Source of the DNA: Candidatus Micrarchaeota archaeon
GTDB lineage: Archaea; Micrarchaeota; Micrarchaeia; Anstonellales; Bilamarchaeaceae
Direction: 5' to 3'
Length of the DNA stretch: 45,594 nucleotides
Assembly: GCA_043827025.1 (NCBI GenBank)
Contig: JBDRPL010000026.1
Coordinates: 1 to 45,594 of the forward strand
The translations under genes and the position numbers were made by a program. Below, piece by piece: positions 1 through 8,846 of this stretch. The notes beneath the pieces were generated by a model. That model had not been told where the DNA came from and made no database searches. It saw nothing but the letters and a program-made list of their open reading frames with translations. Numbering within the stretch: the first letter of the stretch is position 1; every line of letters begins with the position of its first letter.

Positions 1-19
1 CCTTCCACCCTTCACAATA

Positions 20-140
20 TGGGAACTGTATCCACCCTCTAAAGAAGGTAGGGGTTAGTTCCCAGCCATCGGGTCGCTTTCAGATGGGGGAGTCAGGAAT
101 CCCAGGGAAACTAGAGGGGCGCTCCCCTCTGGTTGGCCTA
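20..140. other. GC-rich structured non-coding segment, probably truncated by the window edge (identity unknown)
   Basis: Hairpins gggaact...agttccc (21-63) and agagggg-cgct-cccctct (113-130); GC-rich against an AT-rich background; no diagnostic SRP, RNase P or rRNA motif visible. Confidence 0.3.
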
Positions 141-154
141 ATAAAAAAAGAGAA

Positions 155-206
155 CTGGTCTCATTTCTGACCAAAGTATAAGGAAATTAGTCAGAAACGG
201 GACTAA
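155..206. repeat. Pair of palindromic sites (ctggtc-N8-gaccaa 155-174; ttagtc-N8-gactaa 187-206) at the 3' end of the AAA gene
   Basis: Read directly; 32-bp period; second site overlaps the stop codon. Confidence 0.75.
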
Positions 207-1407
207 ATTGAGTTCTGAAGCCCAATGCAATCAGATTGTAATCTTTAAGAATAATGCCTTCTTCAGTTAATTGGCTTCTTCCCTTAGATGGTCCGCCGAT
301 CTCAATAATTTCCTTTTTTCCATTCTTTTTAATTATATAATCCGGAGATTTTTTTTCACCTTTTATTGTGTAAACGCCATATCCAAGATTGACCAGATGA
401 AACACTGCAAACTCCTCTCTCATCGCTCCCTTTTCAGGTAAGGAATTAATGCTTTTGGAAACAATATATCGAAGACTTGGATGTGAAAAGATCATCTTCG
501 GCTGCTGCCTTACTGCACTTGAACTCACAGGAAGAGGGGTCAATACTCTTACAACCCCCATCTTCTGCAGAATATCCAATAACTCCATGATAGTCCCTTT
601 ACCGATTCCTAAAGTCGATGACAAAGAATTATAGCTAAGTTCTCCTGGTTTGGACAATGCAAGAAACGCGACGATTTTCTCCAGGTCATAAACTTTTTCC
701 TTACTCATCTTGGCATACATCACAGAATCTTCGCGAATGCTTCTCCTAATTGCAAGATATAATGTTTTTATGCAGTTTTCTTCAGACATATTCAGTTGTC
801 CCAAAAATCCGCCCATCTTAAGATAATCGTTAAGGCTTTTCTCAAGATTCCTTTTTACTGAAAATTCCATACTCTTTTTATAATCTCGCCAGTCAACAGT
901 TTCAGTAATCAGTATATTGGAATACCTCAAAAACTCGGAGAATGAAAGTGGAGGCAATTCATAAAAACAGGCTCTTCTATCAAGACTATAAAGCCCTAAT
1001 GCAGAAGAACCGCTTATTACAAAACACAGCCCTTTGTTCCAGTCATAAAGGGATTTTATCTCTTTTGACCATGCAAGATAATTGTGCGCCTCATCTATAA
1101 AAAAATTCCTAAACCCTTTTATCGTAAAGAGATATTTTACAAAATTATAGAGGTTGACTGTTTCGAAAACAGGGTGGTCCAATGAGAAAAAAATGCTATT
1201 CTGTGTGTTGTTCGCAAGGTGAAGCAACATCGTTGTTTTTCCAATCCCGCGCAAACCAGCGACAATTTTTATCCGCGGTTCGGTGAGAACATCTTGTTTT
1301 ATAGTTGAAAAAAGATCCCTGTCCATGTAATTTTCAACATCCTGCTTCCTTCTTATCTCCTCCTCGGCAAGAACGGCATAAACAGATTCGAAGTTTTCGT
1401 TTTCCAT
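187..1407 (-). CDS. AAA+ ATPase (AAA_14/COG1373-like) with wHTH and C-terminal DUF4143 / PD-(D/E)XK-like domain
   Basis: Walker A GLRGIGKTT, Walker B FFIDEAH, ISGSS motif, YLKMGGF, C-terminal PDY...EIGG. Confidence 0.85.
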   Translation of the reverse strand: MENENFESVYAVLAEEEIRRKQDVENYMDRDLFSTIKQDVLTEPRIKIVAGLRGIGKTTMLLHLANNTQNSIFFSLDHPVFETVNLYNFVKYLFTIKGFRNFFIDEAHNYLAWSKEIKSLYDWNKGLCFVISGSSALGLYSLDRRACFYELPPLSFSEFLRYSNILITETVDWRDYKKSMEFSVKRNLEKSLNDYLKMGGFLGQLNMSEENCIKTLYLAIRRSIREDSVMYAKMSKEKVYDLEKIVAFLALSKPGELSYNSLSSTLGIGKGTIMELLDILQKMGVVRVLTPLPVSSSAVRQQPKMIFSHPSLRYIVSKSINSLPEKGAMREEFAVFHLVNLGYGVYTIKGEKKSPDYIIKKNGKKEIIEIGGPSKGRSQLTEEGIILKDYNLIALGFRTQFSPVSD

Positions 1408-1444
1408 AAGATATTAATGCATGAAAAATTTAAAAATCTTTGTT

Positions 1445-1496
1445 TTAGTCCGATTCTGGAATAAAATGATAAACAATTGGTCTAGAAGTGGACTAA
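1445..1496. repeat. Pair of palindromic sites (ttagtc-N8-gaataa 1445-1464; ttggtc-N8-gactaa 1477-1496) upstream of the AAA gene
   Basis: Read directly; same consensus and same 32-bp period as 155-206. Confidence 0.75.
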
Positions 1497-1610
1497 AAAG
1501 TAAAAAATCACCATTGACTGCGAGAACAATGCTGAAGCCTAAGGATGAAAAGATAGAAAGTGGGCAGAAGAAATAAAGAATGAAACAGGATAAAAAAATT
1601 TAAAAAAAAA

Positions 1611-2015
1611 CTATTTCTTTTTCCTTGCAATTGCCAATTTTTTTTCTAGTTTTGCAACAGGCTGTGCAACTGGAGGCGTCAAACCGCAAACTCTTGCAAG
1701 AAAAACAGAATTAATCGAACTGCTGAAATGAAGTATGTTTATTATCTTCTCGCTTGCTTCCCCACTGATCTTTTTTGATTTTTTCCATTCTGAGAATGCA
1801 GAGATGATTCCATCACCACGAAAACCTGCAACACCGCCGAGGCGAATGAAACTCTTGTCAGGTTCATAAACAGAGATATGGGAAAAAGAAAGATACAAAC
1901 GGTTCTTTTCAAGCCTTGCATCGCTGATATTTACACTAACATTTATTTTTTTCATAGGTGCAAAACTGTTCCTTTTTGATTCAGTTGACAGAAAATCTAT
2001 AAAGTCCAAATCCAT
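1611..2015 (-). CDS. Conserved archaeal hypothetical protein, probable SecB-like fold
   Basis: 134 aa; four beta-strand-like segments, then a helix and LARVCGLTPPVAQP resembling the SecB C-terminal G-x-PP motif. Confidence 0.5.
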   Translation of the reverse strand: MDLDFIDFLSTESKRNSFAPMKKINVSVNISDARLEKNRLYLSFSHISVYEPDKSFIRLGGVAGFRGDGIISAFSEWKKSKKISGEASEKIINILHFSSSINSVFLARVCGLTPPVAQPVAKLEKKLAIARKKK

Positions 2016-2055
2016 ATTCTCGCCTCACTACTAGTCAGCATCAAGATTTTAATAT

Positions 2056-5000
2056 TTACCTGCCACTCATTGCCCCTCTTCTCTGAGTCATCTCACCCAG
2101 GTAATCGCCCAAAGATTTGCCTGCGGGAACTCCTTTGGTGTCTCCTATGCCTACCATAAACAATACTCCTACTTCAGGAGCACCTGATCTAGGGTAAAAA
2201 TCACCATATCTGGCAAATTCACGAGGGTCTCTTGAACGTACGTATGCGCCAAGATCAAATGTTGGGCCATAACTTGTTTGGTAGCGCGCATATGCTGCTG
2301 CTGCACTCTTTGAATCAGTAAGGCCTTCGCCAAGACTTCCAAGTGCTGTAGTCCCTAACAAACCAAGAGTAAACTTTCCATTCACAAGAGTAATTTCAGA
2401 ACCCGCAAACAAATAAGTTGAATCGCGTTTAGCACCTATCAAATAGGCTCTTAACCTATCAGCATATTCAACATAAGCACCTATGTTCCATTTCCAACTA
2501 GTGTCTATATGATATAACAAATAGTCCTGGTCCTTGGTAAGAGAAGAATTTTCAAAGAATCTGTATCCATTAGCTGCAGCATAAACTCGCAAATGTCCGT
2601 CAAATTCCTCCTGCAAGGCATCGATTTTAGGTGAATACCACACATTGTACAGAAGTCCCTGAAGAACTTCTTTTTGCTGAACACTCAAATCCACCTGCTC
2701 TTTGTTTAGTATCTTTGACCGAATTTCTTTTGTGAAAAGTACTTCATCAGGATCATCGATCTTTGCCAATAGTGATGCCAAAACCTCCGGAGGGACATCT
2801 TTAAACGTTCCTTTTTCAATAGCTTCACCCGTCTTAAAGTACTCTGCGCTAATTGCCCGATATCTTTGCGAATCTTCAATCACATTAGAATAAACAACTG
2901 TAGCTGCAGAAACATCAACTCCTCTCCTGCCAGTAAATGAAGGCTCTTCAGAAGCAATCATAACTGCAACGCTTATTGCAAATCGTGAAACCCAAACACT
3001 GTCTAGACCGTTAAGCCCGATCTGAATGCCATTCAAGGCAACTGGAGGAAGGCCCTGATGTGAATATGCAGGAATAGAAGAAAACAACTGCACAAAATTC
3101 CTGTCTCCGAAAGTCCAAAGATAACGCGTATTAAATCGTTGAAGATCCTGGTCCTTGAAACCCCCATCTTCTTTAGTAAGAAGATCAACTTGAATTGAAT
3201 GGTCTTTTCCAAAAGAGATTCCTAGGTAATAATTATCAAATATCTGCCTTACTCTTTCGGCATATTTTTGCTTGAAAGCATCTATGACTCTTTTTGCATT
3301 TGCAGGGTCCCTACCCACTTCGTCCTGTACCTTGTCATATTCTGTAAGGATTTGTTCAAGGCCAGTGCTTCGTGAGATATTCAATGTTCCATTTACGCTT
3401 GCCCACCTCAATAAGCCTATGAAATTCCAGAACAAATTATCGAACTTTGTTTCGGTTTCCAGGGAGTTTCTGGAAAGTGAAACTTTGCCTGCGTCCACAT
3501 CATCGAGTGTAGGGGGTTGTAGGATATCTGAATACTCTTCTTTCCATTGACCCACCAAATTTAGCAACCCCCCGACAAATGCAGCCTCCTGCTGATCATT
3601 TTGTTTCGGTGAACCGCTGGTGCCATAAATCGTTGCTGTTAGTCTTTTAAGACCGGCGATATACCTCTCCCTCTCATTTACAACTGCAATTTCCCTGAAG
3701 TTTTCAGAAGCTGATGAATATGAGAGGCCTCCTCCAAAGGAATACTTGCTTGTCTGTCTTTTTACAAACGCTCCTCCACGCCAACCAAATTTTTCGCCCT
3801 GCTCAGCAGCTTGCCTTACAACTTCATTAGTCGAAGAGATAACTGCTCCTGCTCCTGCAGTGACTTCCCACATATTATCTTTCCCTTTTACAACGCGATA
3901 GGTCCCAACTAAGTCCTGAGCAAGATACACATCTTCTTCGTCCTTAGAGGCAGGACTTTTTATCCTAAGTAATTTTCCAGGAGTTGCAAACTGGTAGGTA
4001 GCTGCACCACTGCTATCCTGCTCCATTGTTCTTCCATAAGCAGGAGTCCATTCAAGGAGTTTAGGCATTGGTTGACCTTCCTGTGTTAAAAGAGGAACTT
4101 CCTGAATGGATGCTAATCCGGAATTTAAACCCGCATCAAATGCAACTGCAAATCCACCAGTATCTGTTTCCTGGACATTTGCTGCAACCGTCACAGGACC
4201 ATTAAGCGGCTCATCTAAATCAAGAGCAGCATAATTCAACATCCTTATTGCACTATTACGCCCTTCCCTTAATCTATAGAGAGTTCCTTGTTTATCAAGA
4301 TAATAAGTTTCAAGTTGCATCCATTCATCTGTAGCTGTTTTGCCTCCGCTCGTTGTAAGGAACAATGAGGTTGGATTGTCCTTATCCCAGACCTGTCCAA
4401 CTATCCCTGCAAGATGTTTGCTTGAATCCTCATCCATCTTTTGAATCCCAAAGGCAGCGCTATCTATTCCTATAATCCTTACGCCACCGCCTTCCATTTG
4501 CTGAACATTTCCAATCGGAACCGCAAGCATCTGGCCCCCTAACAAGTATGCATTTTCACTGGATTTTTGTCCACCGAATGCCCAACCTCCAGTAGGAGTT
4601 ACACCTGCACCCAATCCACCAAAAACCGTGGTCCAATCTTCCACACCTCTTCGTGCATAGAGTCCACCTGCAGCCGAACCTCCAAGATGTTCAAAACTAT
4701 ATTCAGGTGCAAAAGGCGAGATCATAGCCTGCCTTATTTCCTTAAGCAACAATGTAGGACTAAGGCCAGATATTTGTGTACCTGGTAAATAACTAGATGG
4801 ATTCAGCATAGGTTGAGACTGCCATATAAAAGATAATAATGAAGTCCTAAACTCATCCGTAGGCCTTACTTGAAGAAAGTTAAACTGCGGCAAAGTCACA
4901 TTGCCCCCATATTGCCCAAAGGAAGTTCCAACATTGCCAATTCCAAATTGAGAACCTGAAGTCACACTTGAAAGAGACAGCGGAAATGGATTAGGAAGCA

Positions 5001-7092
5001 TTAATTGATTTCCACTCATATCCTGAGGAGTCAAAGAATAGATATATCCAACCTCTCTTTGCCTTATATCATGAGGAGGAACAGGATTGACTTGTAAATA
5101 ATCGTCAAGCAACCGATAGCGAGACATTACAGATACTGCGCTCTCCTTCAAACTAAGAAGATTATCAAAGAAAGAGCTGAGGCGCATTGCAGACTCGCGG
5201 GTGTTGACAGGTGCAGATGCATAGGCCATGCCATATTGAGAAGTTTGTGGTGACATCGAAACAACAAACACACTAATTTCTTTCAAGCCCTCGCTAAAGA
5301 CTTGTTGGTTTCCCCTGCAGACATTTGAAAGATGAGTTATTGCATTGAAATAATTTATGGCCAGCAACGAATCAATTGCAAGAAGTTGGGCAACAGTTGT
5401 TGCAACCATCGCAGACTCTCCTGAGGTTATTGAAACGACTCCATTTCTTTGGGCATTTTCAAAATAATTTATGAAAGAATATGCCACAAGCGAAGGAAGC
5501 TGAGCGGCCTGTCTTGCCAAAAGTTCTTCAGCAGTTAATGTTGGAAGCGCAGCAGCTACTTGACCTTGTTGTAGGGCAGGACCATATAAACCTACAAAAA
5601 ATTGAGCATAGTTTGCAGTCCAGGACTGTCTTGCCAAATCAAGCCTTTCAGGAATCATTGTCCGGATTAACTGTTGTTCCATTTCCGTTAAAACAAATTC
5701 AATATTACTCCCTGAAAGTTGAGATACTGAAGAAGATGCTGAAACTGAAAGCGTAGAAAATAACTTCATTGAATTTTGATCAAGAGTGAGAAGGTATCTC
5801 ATTCCCAGAGCACATAATAATGGATTTTGAAATTGAAGTGACCTCACATATTCTGCAAGAGCTTGTGCTTTTTGATCAATGTTAAGATAATCAGTTTCTA
5901 TTACTTGAAAGATTTCGTTTAGCCTGGCCAAATTAACCGCAGGTTCGCCTACCTTTGACCTCGCTTCCAACCATGCATTGAGTTGTGTTTCTTCCTGTTG
6001 CAAAGAAACATCTAAATCCTTTCTCCTTATTTCAACCAACTCATTCATTTTTGAAACGTAGGCTAATCTCTGGGCAAGATACTCAAGGCCAAGACCAGTA
6101 GGATTAAGTTCGAATACTGCAAGCTGTTCCGGCATTGTTTTTTCACGAACAAGTATAGGCAATCGCTGGATCTCCTGGACCAGTTTGGACTCGTCTTGAG
6201 ACATTGTCTCCCTTACAAGGTCCTTTTCTTTGGCCCATGTTTCGTAGACTTGTCTGATTACCTGCAAAGGGCTTTGTAGCAACCTGCCTGAAACTGCAAT
6301 CCCCATACTGCGAAGTATGCGGGTGTTTTGAGATAAAAGGAATGCATAAAATTCTTTTTTCTGGGATTCGTCAAGGCCTTTGAACAGATCATAAAGCCCT
6401 TGCGTGATTACATATGCTTCGTTTACATTAGTTGTGGGAAATATCTGGATTATTCTTTCGACAATTTTGTTAACATCCTTGGTTACAACGCTAGTATTTA
6501 TTGCATCGGCAAAATTTCCAAGAATTGTTGGGTCTGTGCCGCGTAATTCAAGTTTCAGTTTGACAGGTATACGTACGGTGACAGAATCTACAAAGGACTG
6601 ACCATATGTGGCTATCGCCTCCCTTGGTCGGGCCTTAGCCATCTCAATGGCATTCAGGAATTCTGTAAATGTGAATTTGCCTCCATCCTTCGGGATAAAT
6701 TTTTCATAAACTGGCTTGAGCTTTTCATGAGCTTCTATTTTTTCCCTGATTTTTTCAGTGAATGCTCCTGGGTCCAGATAACTGGTATCTCTAGTGTAAT
6801 TAGTAATTGCCTTTGCTTTGTGTTCAGGATTTCCTGTGGAAAAATACAGATAAATTAATCGCAGGATTTCCTGGGAAGGCGATTCAGTAAGTCCTGAAGT
6901 TGAAACCTGGGCAGATACCATGCTATAATTTAGCTCAGGACTTTTTAAAAACTTGCCCCAGGACACCGGAAGGAAAGGCAAGACTACTGTGCCGACGAGC
7001 ATTGCACCTATTTTGCCATTTGAAACTGCCCTCCTAAACCAGGATTGCTTTTCAGTGCGTCGCATGCTTGAATCTGGACGTTTCAGTTTCAT
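2056..7092 (-). CDS. Giant exported hypothetical protein (1678 aa), helical N-half and Gly/aromatic beta-strand-rich C-half
   Basis: Long ORF; basic N-terminus, hydrophobic stretch and VSA|Q cleavage-like site; alternating-hydrophobicity strands from about aa 810. Confidence 0.8.
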   Translation of the reverse strand: MKLKRPDSSMRRTEKQSWFRRAVSNGKIGAMLVGTVVLPFLPVSWGKFLKSPELNYSMVSAQVSTSGLTESPSQEILRLIYLYFSTGNPEHKAKAITNYTRDTSYLDPGAFTEKIREKIEAHEKLKPVYEKFIPKDGGKFTFTEFLNAIEMAKARPREAIATYGQSFVDSVTVRIPVKLKLELRGTDPTILGNFADAINTSVVTKDVNKIVERIIQIFPTTNVNEAYVITQGLYDLFKGLDESQKKEFYAFLLSQNTRILRSMGIAVSGRLLQSPLQVIRQVYETWAKEKDLVRETMSQDESKLVQEIQRLPILVREKTMPEQLAVFELNPTGLGLEYLAQRLAYVSKMNELVEIRRKDLDVSLQQEETQLNAWLEARSKVGEPAVNLARLNEIFQVIETDYLNIDQKAQALAEYVRSLQFQNPLLCALGMRYLLTLDQNSMKLFSTLSVSASSSVSQLSGSNIEFVLTEMEQQLIRTMIPERLDLARQSWTANYAQFFVGLYGPALQQGQVAAALPTLTAEELLARQAAQLPSLVAYSFINYFENAQRNGVVSITSGESAMVATTVAQLLAIDSLLAINYFNAITHLSNVCRGNQQVFSEGLKEISVFVVSMSPQTSQYGMAYASAPVNTRESAMRLSSFFDNLLSLKESAVSVMSRYRLLDDYLQVNPVPPHDIRQREVGYIYSLTPQDMSGNQLMLPNPFPLSLSSVTSGSQFGIGNVGTSFGQYGGNVTLPQFNFLQVRPTDEFRTSLLSFIWQSQPMLNPSSYLPGTQISGLSPTLLLKEIRQAMISPFAPEYSFEHLGGSAAGGLYARRGVEDWTTVFGGLGAGVTPTGGWAFGGQKSSENAYLLGGQMLAVPIGNVQQMEGGGVRIIGIDSAAFGIQKMDEDSSKHLAGIVGQVWDKDNPTSLFLTTSGGKTATDEWMQLETYYLDKQGTLYRLREGRNSAIRMLNYAALDLDEPLNGPVTVAANVQETDTGGFAVAFDAGLNSGLASIQEVPLLTQEGQPMPKLLEWTPAYGRTMEQDSSGAATYQFATPGKLLRIKSPASKDEEDVYLAQDLVGTYRVVKGKDNMWEVTAGAGAVISSTNEVVRQAAEQGEKFGWRGGAFVKRQTSKYSFGGGLSYSSASENFREIAVVNERERYIAGLKRLTATIYGTSGSPKQNDQQEAAFVGGLLNLVGQWKEEYSDILQPPTLDDVDAGKVSLSRNSLETETKFDNLFWNFIGLLRWASVNGTLNISRSTGLEQILTEYDKVQDEVGRDPANAKRVIDAFKQKYAERVRQIFDNYYLGISFGKDHSIQVDLLTKEDGGFKDQDLQRFNTRYLWTFGDRNFVQLFSSIPAYSHQGLPPVALNGIQIGLNGLDSVWVSRFAISVAVMIASEEPSFTGRRGVDVSAATVVYSNVIEDSQRYRAISAEYFKTGEAIEKGTFKDVPPEVLASLLAKIDDPDEVLFTKEIRSKILNKEQVDLSVQQKEVLQGLLYNVWYSPKIDALQEEFDGHLRVYAAANGYRFFENSSLTKDQDYLLYHIDTSWKWNIGAYVEYADRLRAYLIGAKRDSTYLFAGSEITLVNGKFTLGLLGTTALGSLGEGLTDSKSAAAAYARYQTSYGPTFDLGAYVRSRDPREFARYGDFYPRSGAPEVGVLFMVGIGDTKGVPAGKSLGDYLGEMTQRRGAMSGR

Positions 7093-7219
7093 AGTTTAAC
7101 CTAGATAACCTAATTATGACTCGTGGTGGTATTTTTTCTTAGGATGTAATGTTATAAAAAGAATAAAAACCTATGTCCCACCCAACAGTGCGGGATATAA
7201 ATAAACAAAGTTCATTTTA

Positions 7220-7279
7220 GGTCCCATTCAGCAGAATGGGAAGGCAAGCGAACGAGGTTCGCTTTATATCTCATGGACC
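7220..7279. other. Intergenic two-hairpin element
   Basis: cccattc-agca-gaatggg (7223-7240) and aagcgaac-gag-gttcgctt (7246-7264). Confidence 0.45.
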
Positions 7280-7284
7280 AAAAA

Positions 7285-8289
7285 TTATTTACATCTCCCG
7301 AGGTCACAGACCTTGCCGTCAGGGCATAGGGTGACAACCTTCACTACCTTATTGGTGCTTGTGCAATAATATTCGGTCAACACCCGGGTATTAAGGCATT
7401 TGTCTGCAAATGAAAGTATTCCTTTGGTCACAAAACCTTTCCGGTAGAAATCCTTTCCTGAGTCAGAGTCATAGCATTCGAAATCGCTTGAATCGATTAT
7501 TGTTTCGTTCGTCTCTACAGGCTCAAGCATGCATTTTCCCTCATAACAGAAATACTTGTCCTCGCATTTTACCGAGGAAAACTGCTGCATGCTCTCATTG
7601 CTGCAGGAATATTCCCTTACTATTTGAGTATCAATGCACACGTCCTCATACTCCTTGGTATCATAGCCATCATTAACACTAACAGTGCCCCTGACAAACT
7701 CATTGTTTCCATCTGAATCGCTGCACTGGTAATTCAACTTAACACATGAACTGTTTATGCATCCCAAATCGCATGCGATTATTTCTGACACCAATTCATC
7801 ACCCCTGCAAGAATATTCCCTCACAGTGAATCGGTCTGAACAGGCATCCTTGTATATCTTATTCCTAAAGGTGACTGTACCTGCCTTGAATTCATTATCC
7901 GCAGAGTCAGAATCATAGCAAGGACTTTCCTTGCATAAGTTAGTCATGCAATAGGTGCCTGCCTTGCATTCGGACTTCTCAACAGTTACTTCATTGTCCA
8001 GGCAATAATACCTAACAAGCTGGCCATCCTCGCACCTGTTATCATACCTTTCTTCTCCAACACTGACGCCATAAGGCGATTCGTCGCACACCTCGATTTT
8101 TATAGGAGGAGGCTCAATACTCTCATTCTTTACCGGAGGAACCACAGTCTCGTTCTTGGTTATATTTTCCACAGGTAGATTCACAGGGGGCGTAACAGTC
8201 TGATTGTCTACACCTGTCTTCTGCCCCTGGTCCAGGTCAATGCATCCAAACAATCCGAATACCAGCAATAAAACGATTAATTTTTTCAT
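7285..8289 (-). CDS. Cys-rich repeat lipoprotein (four C-x-DSD...G-x-V...D-x-C...EY-x-C repeats)
   Basis: Lipobox LFGC; Pro/Asn-rich linker; start moved to ATG 8289 because the upstream GTG is part of an AGGTG RBS. Confidence 0.8.
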   Translation of the reverse strand: MKKLIVLLLVFGLFGCIDLDQGQKTGVDNQTVTPPVNLPVENITKNETVVPPVKNESIEPPPIKIEVCDESPYGVSVGEERYDNRCEDGQLVRYYCLDNEVTVEKSECKAGTYCMTNLCKESPCYDSDSADNEFKAGTVTFRNKIYKDACSDRFTVREYSCRGDELVSEIIACDLGCINSSCVKLNYQCSDSDGNNEFVRGTVSVNDGYDTKEYEDVCIDTQIVREYSCSNESMQQFSSVKCEDKYFCYEGKCMLEPVETNETIIDSSDFECYDSDSGKDFYRKGFVTKGILSFADKCLNTRVLTEYYCTSTNKVVKVVTLCPDGKVCDLGRCK

Positions 8290-8428
8290 TTGAGACACCT
8301 ATTTTTATATTCATGATTCAAATCAACCATTACCTGCATAATGATTGTCTTTAGTACTGTTTATAAAAACTTTCGGTCAAAAAAAGAATCTACGCACTGT
8401 GATTACTTGTCACTGTGCAGATTAGAAT

Positions 8429-8463
8429 GCCACGATCGTGCGAACAAGTTCGCATCTCGCAGC
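8429..8463 (+). repeat. Acceptor-stem-like hairpin upstream of tRNA-Phe
   Basis: GCCACGA-TCG-TGCGAAC-AA-GTTCGCA-TC-TCGCAGC versus tRNA acceptor GCCGCGA/TCGCGGC. Confidence 0.55.
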
Positions 8464-8474
8464 TTTCTTCGAAA

Positions 8475-8643
8475 GCCGCGATAGCTCAGCTGGGAGAGCA
8501 CACCTGAATTTCTTTGGTATTTTTTCATTCAAAGGAATTCTGTGAAGCTGAAGTCTCTCAATTGAAAAATCCGAACCTGATTTGGATCGCCAATTTAGGA
8601 ATTTGAAACGGTGGGGTCGCTAGTTCAAACCTGGCTCGCGGCA
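8475..8643 (+). tRNA. tRNA-Phe(GAA) with two introns (30/31: 8505-8546; 37/38: 8554-8607)
   Basis: Acceptor GCCGCGA/TCGCGGC+A, D-arm GCTC/GAGC, anticodon stem CACCG/CGGTG restored after removing both introns, T-arm GCTAG-TTCAAAC-CTGGC; intron 1 has a clean BHB helix CACA/TGTG; no encoded CCA. Confidence 0.92.
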
Positions 8644-8692
8644 ATTTTTCTTTTTTTAATAAGATTAGCGACAGCTATGTGAATTCAATCAA

Positions 8693-8802
8693 TGTGACCG
8701 AAGGGACCCCACAGCAAGCTGATAGGGTATGCCCCATTCGATCACAGCTTTGATGAACTGGATTTCGCTGCAAGCAGCGGGGTATGGACCCAGTTCATCA
8801 AA
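8693..8802. ncRNA. Orphan double-hairpin element between the convergent tRNAs
   Basis: Hairpin 8693-8746 and hairpin 8749-8802 (perfect 13-bp base stem); both capped by C-AA-G (CUUG on the minus strand) and both carry GGGTATG on the 3' arm. Confidence 0.45.
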
Positions 8803-8846
8803 TCAAGACTGAAAAGCGAAAACATGAAAAGATGATAAGGTAATAT

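Noticed and set aside
1..140. Calling the segment SRP RNA or RNase P RNA
   Set aside because: Neither the SRP helix 8 motif nor the RNase P GAGGAAAGUCC-type motif is visible in the window
7000..7092. Canonical Tat signal on the giant protein
   Set aside because: RR pairs are present but the S-R-R-x-F-L consensus is not matched
7285..8289. Cys-rich DSD repeat lipoprotein as a novel system
   Set aside because: This repeat type is common in DPANN surface proteins; kept as a feature only
8387..8423. Imperfect hairpin further upstream of tRNA-Phe as a separate RNA
   Set aside because: Single imperfect stem with no recognisable boxes; insufficient support
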